Positions 12,101 through 20,000 of a stretch of 20,000 nucleotides of DNA are shown here, in pieces; the first letter of the stretch is position 1; each line of letters starts with the position of its first letter. Source of the stretch: Gonapodya sp. JEL0774 (lineage: Eukaryota); assembly GCA_027604505.1 (NCBI GenBank), contig JADIIX010000114.1:51296-71295 (forward strand), given 5' to 3'. The translations under genes and the position numbers were made by a program. Under the pieces are notes generated by a model. It saw only the letters and a list, made by a program, of their open reading frames with translations, was not told the origin of the DNA and did not search any database.

Positions 12101-15100
12101 TGAAATGCATGAATCCGTGCGACATAAATGCCTACAGTATAAAGCTGAGCTGAACCGAAACAATTATGTGACTCCCAAGAGCTACCTTGAGCTTTTGGGA
12201 TTGTATCGGACACTTCTGGACAAAAAGCGCGGTGAACTTCAAGCCCAGAAGAAACGTACAGCAGGTGGGTTGGAGAAACTCCTGAGCTCCACCAAAGAGG
12301 TAGAAATTCTTCAAGAGGAGCTTGAGGCTATGCAACCCATGCTGCTTCAAACCTCACAGGAAGTTGATTTTACAATGAAGAAGATTGCTGTTGACAAAGT
12401 GAAGGCAGAGGAAATAAGAGAACATGTAGCAAAGGAAGAAATACAAGCTTCCAAAAAAGCTGAGGAGACTAAGGCAATTGCAGATGATGCCAAAAAAGAT
12501 TTGGACGAGGCTCTGCCTGCCCTTGATGCTGCTTTGGAGAGTTTGAACAGCTTAACCAAAAATGACATTACAGAGATTCGGAGTATGCAGCGACCTCCAG
12601 AAGGTGTGAAACTGGTTATGGAGGCAGTCTGCATCATGAAAGGAATAAAACCAAAGAAAATTGACGGAGACAAACCAGGAAAGAAGATAGATGACTATTG
12701 GGCAGATGGAAAGGCATTACTCAATGACCCAACTAAATTCTTGGAATCTCTTTTCAACTATGACAAGGACAACATCCCAGAATCCATCATTCAGAAGATT
12801 AAACCCTATATTGACAGCCCTGAATTCCAACCTGCTCAAATAGCACGTGTGTCCAAAGCTGCCACTTCTATGTGCCAGTGGGCTCGAGCTATGGAGAAAT
12901 ATTACTGGGTTGCACAGTCTGTGGGACCCAAAAGGGCAACTCTCAAAGAAGCCCAAGACTCCCTGAATGAAACTCTTGAAACTTTAAATGAGCTTCGGAA
13001 AAAGATGCGGGAATCTGAGCAGAGTATCAAGGAAATGGAAAAAAGATACACAGAAGCAACTGCCAAGAAAGAGGAACTAGCAAGGAAGGTTGATGAATGC
13101 AATGTCAAGCTCTCTCGTGCTGGAAAGCTTATCACTGGTCTTGGTGATGAGAAGATGAGATGGGCAGAAACCGTCACCACCCTTGACAAACAAATAGTCA
13201 ATATTGTTGGAGATGTTGTCATTGCCAGTGGTGCTATTGCATATCTGGGTTCTTTCACTGCAGAATACCGTAGCTCACTACAAGAAGAGTGGAAGAAATG
13301 TTTAGATAAAGGCTCCATTCCTCACTCTGAATCACTCACACTGTGGGACGTTCTGGGAGAACCAGTAAAGCTTCGACAGTGGTAAGTACCTCTCCCTTTC
13401 TAGAACTCCTAATTTTAGAGATGCAACCTTGTTGTTTTCTTCAAGGGAGCTTAATGGATTGCCAAAGGACACATTATCTCGAGATAATGGCATCATTGTA
13501 TCCAGCACAAGACGTTGGCCACTTTTGATTGACCCTCAGGGCCAAGCAAATAAGTGGCTTCGAAATATGGAAAAGGATAGTGGATTGGATATAATCAAAC
13601 TGACAGACAAGGACTTTTTGAGGACACTAGAAAATGCAATTCGGTTTGGGAAGCCTGTGTTATTGGAAAACATTCAAGAGAAACTTGATCCTGCATTGGA
13701 GCCAGTTTTATTGAGACAGACCTTTAAGCAGGGAGGAAATGTGGTAATCAAGGTTGGAGACTCAATTCTACCATACCATGATGACTTCCGGTTCTACATT
13801 ACAACAAAGCTTCCAAACCCTCACTACTCCCCTGAGGTATCTGCAACAATAACCCTTGTGAATTTTACTCTTGCACCAATTGGACTTGAAGACCAGCTGC
13901 TTGCACTTGTGGTAGCAAATGAACGTCCAGATCTGGAAGAAGCAAAGAATGCACTTGTACTCAGTAATGCACAAATGAAAAAGGAACTCAAAGATATTGA
14001 AGACAAGATTCTGTATCTGCTTTCTTCAGTGCAAGGAAGTCCTGTTGATGATGAGCGCCTGATTGAGACTCTTGCAGCTTCCAAGGAGACTTCCCATGAG
14101 ATTACAATAAAAGTTGCAGCTGCTGAGAAAACTGAGTTAGACATTGATACCACTCGAATGAAGTACTCCCCAGTTGCAGTCAGAACTCGTATATTGTTCT
14201 TTTGCATCACTGAGCTTTCAGCAATTGATCCTATGTATCAGTATAGTTTAACATGGTATCTCAACCTGTTCAACGTTGCAATTGTTCAATCAGAAAAATC
14301 AGACAGCATAGACCAAAGGATCATGAACATCAATGAATATTTTACTTACTCCTTATTCACCAATGTGTGCAGGAGTTTGTTTGAGAAACACAAGCTGCTG
14401 TTCTCATTCCTATTAAGTGCCAGAATACTCATGGACCAAAACAAAATTGATCCTGATGAGTGGAAGTTTCTGTTAACCGGAACTAGTGGTGTCGATGTGA
14501 CTCCATCTTCAAATCCAGCAATAGATTGGATGTCGAGCAGGAGCTGGCTTGAAATTCAGAATCTGTCCACATTGCATGGTTTCAAAAGTTTTGACACTGA
14601 TGTGGTCCAGTACATTGACAGGTTTAAGGATATATTTGATAGTCCATGCCCCCAGCGTGAGAGTCTCCCTGGGAGATGGAACACTGAAACTGATCAGTTT
14701 CAAAAGATTCTTGTTTTGAGATGCATAAGGGCAGATAGTGTGATTGGAGCTCTCCAAGACTTCATATCAGCACAACTTGGGGAACGCTTCATAGAACCTC
14801 AAGCATCTGATGTTTCAATGCTTTACAAGGACTCTTCTCCTTCAACACCACTCATTTTTGTGCTATCAGCTGGAGCTGACCCAGCATCTTCTCTCTGGAA
14901 ATTTGCTGATGAACTTAGATTTGCCAAAAAGTTGCATGCTATTTCATTAGGTCAAGGTCAGGGACCAAAAGCAGAAGCCCTCATCCGTGATGGTGTGGAG
15001 CGGGGGACATGGGTCTTGCTTCAAAATCTTCATCTGGCTCCCAGTTGGATGCCTTCTCTGGACAAAATTGTGGAAGGAATCACAGCTGACAAGGTACACC

Positions 15101-16957
15101 GTGACTTCCGTTTGTGGCTTACAAGTATGCCAACTCCCAAGTTTCCTGTTACAATTCTACAAAATGGAGTTAAGACAACGATAGAACCACCCAATGGAAT
15201 CAAAGCAAATTTACTAAGGACTTATACCACATTTAATGACGAGTATCTCAATGGCTGTACAAAAATCACTGAGTGGAAGAAGTTTGTGTTCTCTCTTAGC
15301 TTTTTCCACTCAGTAGTTCAAGAGCGAAGAAAGTTTGGATCTTTAGGATGGAACATATCTTATGGTATGTAACTCATGTTCTTGAGCACATTTCTCACAA
15401 CAGCCAACCACTGGATATTTTCCCAGACTTCACAGATGGAGATTTGCATATGTGTTTAAGACAACTCAAGATGTTCCTGGAGGAATATGAAGAGATTCCC
15501 TACAAGGTGTTGAAGTATACAGTTGCCCAGATTAATTATGGTGGACGTGTCACAGATGACTGGGACCGCCGATTGATTGCAAACATTGTCGAGGATTACT
15601 ATAATGCCCATGTTCTGGAGGATGGTCACAAGTTTTCACCTGTTGACACTTACCAATCAATTCCGCCAGAAAATTATGTCACTTACCGAAATTACATTAA
15701 AGGTTTGCCCCTTGATGAGCCTCCAGATGTTTATGGACTTCACGCCAATGCCAGTATAACCCGGTGAGTGTGAGGAAGACCTGCCAAGATCATATTTGGT
15801 CCACAGTCACAAGGGCTAACTGTTTGCATATAATAGGAAGCAGCAAGAGACTTATGCCAATTTTGAGACCCTTTTGGCACTTATGCCCAGACAATCCAAG
15901 GGAGCAGGCAAGAGCAGAGAAGAAATTTTGATGGAGACTGCACAAAATATTACCTTAAAGGTAGCAAAGCCTTTTAGCATTGAGCATGTCCTCAAAAAGC
16001 ATCCAATTGACTACAAAGAATCAATGTCCACAGTTTTGCTCCAGGAGGTTATTCGATTCAACAGGTATGTCAGAAGCATTGCATATCAGAATTTGTGCTT
16101 GACACTTACAATTGTTTGTACACTTGAAGATTGCTGGCAGTTATACATCAAACCTTGCAAGATGCAATGAAGGCTCTGAAAGGATTAGTGGTCATGTCAG
16201 AACAACTTGAAACCATTTGCAACAGCATGTTCATTAACCAAGTGCCTGTAATATGGGCAAGCAAGGCTTATCCCTCGCTAAAGCCACTGAGCTCATGGGT
16301 TGTGGATCTTTGTCAGCGTGTGGAGTTTTTGACAAGTTGGATTGAGGAGGGACTGGTGAGTTTGACTTGACTACAAACATGTCAGACGCGCAGTAATATC
16401 AGTGCTTTCCCTGAATAAAGCCATTGACATACTGGATATCAGGATTCTTTTTCCCTCAAGCATTTCTAACTGGAGCACTCCAAAATTTTGCAAGAAAATA
16501 CACGTTATCAATTGATACACTCTCTTTTGAGTTCCGTGTAATTGACATGCAATGGCAACACATACAAATGAAACCTGAGGATGGGGTCTACATTCGTGGA
16601 CTCTTTTTGGAGGGTGCACGGTGGGACCATGTGAAGCATGTTTTGGGTGAGTCCCGGCCCAAGGAACTGTACACAGAGATGCCTGTGCTTTGGCTCCTTC
16701 CTGTGGCTAACAGGAAGAAGCCAGAGGGGGGAGTTTACAATTCGCCATGTTATAAGACGTAAGTTTATGACTCCAAAGAACTTCGCTCATTGGTATAATC
16801 CAGACAATGTTTCTAATCTAGGTTGACAAGGGCTGGAACACTATCAACAACTGGCCACTCAACAAACTATGTTCTCTCAATTGAAATACCCTCAGACCAA
16901 CCAGAGAGCACATGGATCAAACGTGGCACTGCCCTCATTTGCTCACTAAATTTTTGA
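3151..16957 (+). CDS. DNAH1: Axonemal inner-arm dynein heavy chain, DNAH1-like, 15 exons, ~4298 aa
   Basis: Exons 3151-4346, 4425-4518, 4590-4796, 4863-4939, 4999-5241, 5298-7206, 7268-8806, 8867-11978, 12046-13381, 13446-15364, 15427-15763, 15837-16064, 16130-16355, 16421-16758, 16822-16957 (12897 nt, in frame, all GT-AG). P-loops GPAGTGKT (AAA1), GPTGGGKT (AAA2), GPTGTGKS (AAA3), GVGGSGRQ (AAA4); [41 protein letters not shown]. Motifs recalled as DNAH1-type: [37 protein letters not shown], and C-terminus [20 protein letters not shown]...[14 protein letters not shown]. Paralog identity is less certain than the dynein call. Confidence 0.93.
12430..13150 (+). other. Stalk coiled coil and microtubule-binding domain of the dynein, with axonemal-type flap insertion (approximate bounds)
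   Basis: [16 protein letters not shown]...[37 protein letters not shown]...[14 protein letters not shown]...VGPKR. The [18 protein letters not shown] segment (~12648-12701) corresponds to the flap of axonemal dynein MTBDs, which cytoplasmic dynein-1 lacks. Confidence 0.8.
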
Positions 16958-17249
16958 TTGGTTTTCAATGGTGGACTTTTCTTTTTCATGGTTGTATGTA
17001 AATTGCACTAATGCAGTATGATATGAGTATGAAGTACATGCCTTGCAAGATGTTGTGTAGAATATGTGTCAACTAGTTAAGTTGGTCATCATCAATGGTG
17101 GTGTGGCATGTAGTGTAAGAAGTTGCATACACAAGAATGTCACACTAGCATTCCAAGAGTGCGCCCAGAGCAAAAGCAATTGCTGCATCTTGGACATTGG
17201 AATTGGGCTGACTGCCGCAGCCTCCTGTTATTAGAGGCAAACACCAGTA

Positions 17250-17700
17250 TGACTGGAAAACAAAAATGTTTGTAGTGACAATAAAAGAAATCTTACTCGA
17301 TCACATTATGAAGAACTGGCTGAATGAAAGGGGTATCAAACCGTTAATGTCCCAGAACCCACCCCCTCTAGCAGTGGTAAAGCAGAACAGATAATCATAT
17401 CTCTTAAGTACATTGTGTGAAGCATATTGGTTATGACTCAACTATCTGGCAGTCTTTAGGGCCATCTTGTGCTTCCTATTGCCTACCTGCAAAGCTGTCC
17501 CTTCCTCAGTACACAATAATCAAGAAGAAGTTGAAGTTCTAGCAGAACACAAGACCAAACTTGACCATCTGCACATTCTTGGATGCTGTGTGGCTGTATT
17601 AAATAAAAATGGAAGTCAAATACCCTGCACTGATGTTTATCATATTGTTGGATATGGCACAGGCTCTAGTGTGCATGTCTTGTACATATGATCCAAGGAA
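17250..17700 (+). mobile_element. Degenerate Ty1/copia LTR retrotransposon integrase core and downstream SH3-like segment
   Basis: From 17271: CSDNKRNLTRSHYEELAE*KGYQTVNVPEPTPSSSGKAEQIIISLKYIV*SILVMTQLSGSL*GHLVLPIAYLQ, frameshift, AVPSSVHNNQEEVEVLAEHKTKLDHLHILGCCVAV...IVGYG..., YDP. This follows the copia consensus RSDNG.E...KGI....PYTPQQNG.AER..RTL....RSML....L...FW..A...A.YL.NR.PSS...HLRVFGC...FLGY...YDP. Multiple stops and frameshifts; may extend upstream to ~17100. Confidence 0.8.
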
Positions 17701-17929
17701 AGGCACATCCTGGAGACTGAAGAAGTATGGAACAGAAATGTATAGTTGTGGAGACAGACAATACACAATGCTGCCATTCCTACCTGGAACAGAAGCGCTT
17801 CCAGTGAAACCTAAAGAAACTATACCCTTGCGTCTAACAACACCACAATGAACCTTCATCACCCAGCGACCATCTCTAAGCTAGCAGTACGTTTATCAAG
17901 GATTTATTACAGAAGTTGTCATCTCCTAT

Positions 17930-18260
17930 GTCAAGCACCTCTAAAGAGTAAACTGCCAGCACTGCTAAATTTTGAAGGGAATCAGTCCCTCAAGTCCATG
18001 GTTGAAAACCACCAAGTACAGAATGACCACCCTCAGTCACTAGAGCAAAAGACACACAGAAGCTAACAGAGGCATTAAGGTACCAGGAAGAACCACCCAA
18101 TGTTTTACCTTCCACATTCTGGACATACTATCAAAGACTCTACTCAACTAGGACTGCATGAGGGGGGAAGATTTGTCTCTGCTACCTCCTCTGACAGAGC
18201 TTACTTTGCCAAACAAATGGAAAGTCATATTTGCTGATGATACATCTCTGCCTTGTCCAG
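17930..18260 (+). mobile_element. Highly eroded non-LTR (LINE-like) reverse transcriptase remnant
   Basis: GLHEG at 18151, then with one frameshift in a G-run EDLSLLPPLTELTLPNKWKVIFADDTSL (FADD at 18230-18241), resembling G(L/V)R(Q/E)G..LSPLL...(F/Y)ADD. A weaker upstream match NF/KGISPSSPWLK (~17968-18010) resembles NYRGISLLS..LK. Confidence 0.5.
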
Positions 18261-18272
18261 CATCCAATGCTG

Positions 18273-18555
18273 TGTTGCCTGCTCCATTGGTCTCCTAAGG
18301 TCCCATTACGCGCAGTCAGGCACCTAGTGCTCCCATGAAGCCTAATATTGCAACTCAAACATTATATGATCACCTGCAGTCTCCCACCAGGTGAATGATT
18401 CTTTGCGGCCATGAGAAGGTCCCATCTTCTGCACATGAGTTCCGTGTTTCAGAGTACAGGTATGTTCTTGTGTGGGCAACCTAGTATATTACATGCCGGC
18501 ACTCTATCATACAAATATATAGTACACACACAAAGAACACCAAATATATCCAACA
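18273..18555 (-). repeat. Putative 3' LTR (~283 bp) of the minus-strand copia element
   Basis: On the minus strand TGTTGG begins at 18555, immediately after the polypurine tract. A candidate inverted end ...GGCAACA lies at 18273 (plus-strand TGTTG 18273-18277). The start is well supported; the far end is tentative because no second LTR is in the window. Confidence 0.55.
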
Positions 18556-18563
18556 CTCCCCCT
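18556..18563 (-). promoter_or_regulatory. Polypurine tract (PPT) of the copia element
   Basis: Minus-strand AGGGGGAG lies between the end of the RNase H coding remnant and TGTTG, the canonical copia PPT-LTR junction. Confidence 0.75.
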
Positions 18564-18978
18564 GATCATGATTCATATCAGTCATCCCCATGGCAGCTTG
18601 GTGCTTTTCAAAGGTTTCTTTGGGTAAAAGACTTTGTAACAAAATCAGCAGTACTCCGACTCATTGGAACATATAGTAACTGGAGAGTGTTCTTCTTAAT
18701 CTCCTCATGCACAAAGAAAAGTTTAATATCAAAGTGCTTTGTCATTCAATGATTCTTTTGATTGTGTGCCACAGAGATTGCACCCTTTTAGTCACCTAAC
18801 AATCTTCTGGCTTGCCCTTTCAATTCAAATCAATGTTATCTTTCAAAGGTTGCCCTAGTTCCATAAAGACATTCTTGAGCCATAAGAGCTCCTTCACTGC
18901 ATTATGCTGAGAGACAAATTCAGTGTATGTTGTCGAATCAGTTAGCTGTTCTTGCTTTCCAGAATTCCAGCTAATAGA
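18564..18978 (-). mobile_element. Degenerate Ty1/copia RNase H domain (pol C-terminus)
   Basis: Minus strand: SISWNSGKQEQLTDSTTYTEFVSQHNAVKELLWLKNVFMELG...GAISVAHNQKNH*MTKHFDIKLFFVHEEIKKNTLQLLYVPMSRSTADFVTKS/LPKETFEKHQAAMGM. It matches copia ISW.SKKQ..VA.STTEAEY......KE.LWLR....ELG...AI..A.N...H.RTKHIDI.YHFIRE...ADIFTK.L...F......LG. Stops and frameshifts present; truncated at ~18978. Confidence 0.88.
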
Positions 18979-19770
18979 CCACATGGGAATCTGTGGAAAT
19001 ATCCTCCAAGTCAGAGCCACACTCTACTCCCAGGGCATCCTCATCCTGAAGTGGTTCGGAGAAATAGACTCCCCAATCATCAAACAGGAACAGGGAGTCA
19101 CACAGGGTGACCCTCTCTCCACCTTCCTTTAGAACCTCGTCTCCAGTGACATCCCCTACTTCATGACCAAAGCACTCTGCTCCAAAGATGATGTCCTTGC
19201 ATATGCAGATGACCTAGAACTCCTCGCCCTCACCATCCCACTGCTCCAGAAGGCCCTCTACCTCTTTCCAGAATACTGGCTGGTGTGCAGCCTCTCTGTC
19301 TGCTTCTGGGAACACCAACATTTGGCAAAAAAACAGGCAATTCAAATGGCTTCAATCCGTCTGACCCCTATTCTACAACACATTCCACTTATACCATCAG
19401 ACTGTGCCCTCATCCTCGGAGTGAAGCACAACCAACATGTATCCACCGCTCCCCACGACGTCTCAATCACAACCCTCCTGCAAGAACACGATAAACAAAC
19501 TCTTCTTGAAACTCTCCCTCCATGAACAAGTCAATTCTCACCCCCTTATTCCAGAATGGAAAACACTCCATTACCAACAAGACCTCATCTCTCACATCAC
19601 ATATACTGTCAGCATATGGGGCGCCTTCACACCACCATGGATGATAGATGACATCCATACCACACTCTCAGACACACTCACTGCCATGATCAGAGTCCCA
19701 AAGGCAAACATACCTGTTGAGATGGATGTTGGGTTCACTTATCTATATTTTCTGTGTGCACACAACTGAG
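18975..19770 (+). mobile_element. Degenerate non-LTR (LINE-like) retrotransposon RT fragment
   Basis: HMGICGNILQVRATLYSQG...QEQGVTQGDPLSTFL*NLVSSDI...VLAYADDLELLALTIPLLQKAL (QGDPLS ~19103, in-frame TAG 19130-19132, YADD 19202-19213), later LILGV and the post-RT motif LHYQQDLISHITYTVSIWG typical of LINE ORF2. Confidence 0.85.
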
Positions 19771-19844
19771 CTTACAAATCATGCCCTTCACCACACCCAG
19801 ATTGACATACAAGCCTTTTCCACACTCTTTATATTGCTGAGAAC

Positions 19845-19981
19845 AACCAAACTTGACAGTCCCCTCAAACAAAAGACTCCAGTCTGTTTGTTTGCTGCTC
19901 CCCCTGAAACCAAACTTGACAGTCCCCTCAAACAAAAGACTCCAGTCTGTTTGTTTGCTGCTCCCCCTGAAACCAAACTTG
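19845..19981. repeat. Tandem repeat, 63-bp unit x2 plus partial third copy, each full unit with an internal inverted repeat
   Basis: Units 19845-19907 and 19908-19970 are identical (aaccaaacttgacagtcccctcaaacaaaagactccagtctgtttgtttgctgctccccctga). A third copy starts at 19971, diverges after 11 nt, then resumes a tgtttgctccccc-like end at the window edge. Confidence 0.95.
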
Positions 19982-20000
19982 TTACAATGTTTGCTCCCCC

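Noticed and set aside
3303..15759. Numerous 60-180 aa antisense and alternate-frame ORFs over the dynein gene
   Set aside because: No recognisable motifs; expected shadow ORFs of a long coding sequence.
4341..16826. Dynein split over many ORFs, suggesting a pseudogene, frameshifting or several genes
   Set aside because: Every break is bridged by a short GT-AG intron that restores frame and conserved motifs; the spliced length (12897 nt) is a multiple of 3.
17250..18978. Integrase and RNase H as parts of one intact copia element
   Set aside because: They are on opposite strands, no copia RT lies between them, and the PPT-LTR faces back toward the integrase.
18975..19770. RT fragment as a group II intron, retron or DGR reverse transcriptase, or a domesticated RT gene
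   Set aside because: It has an in-frame stop and frameshifts, a LINE-type post-RT motif (TY..SIWG), no RNA-structure hallmarks that I could see, and it sits among other decayed TEs.
19845..19981. Hairpin-containing repeat as a CRISPR array
   Set aside because: Units are directly adjacent and identical with no unique spacers, there are no cas genes, and the context is eukaryotic.

Overview
Eukaryotic, intron-rich genomic DNA, most likely from a zoosporic (chytrid-grade) fungus. This is inferred from a fungal-type exomer gene lying beside an axonemal dynein gene. Three parts: (1) a compact 6-exon CHS5-like exomer subunit gene (1338-2530, +, ~261 aa); (2) a complete 15-exon inner-arm axonemal dynein heavy chain gene of the DNAH1 type (3151-16957, +, ~4298 aa, 14 GT-AG introns of 56-78 nt placed by hand); (3) from ~17.1 kb to the end, decayed retroelement fragments (Ty1/copia integrase on +, Ty1/copia RNase H-PPT-LTR on -, two non-LTR RT fragments on +), ending in a perfect 63-bp tandem duplication with an internal hairpin. 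The most interesting signal is a steep loss of CpG that starts inside the dynein gene at ~11.5-12.3 kb and is nearly complete in the TE block, where conserved Arg positions look converted by CpG transitions. Other oddities are frequent AAG 3' splice sites and a tail-less Chs5. I found no clear evidence of a wholly new biological system. Family assignments rest on remembered motifs, not database searches, and all counts are manual.
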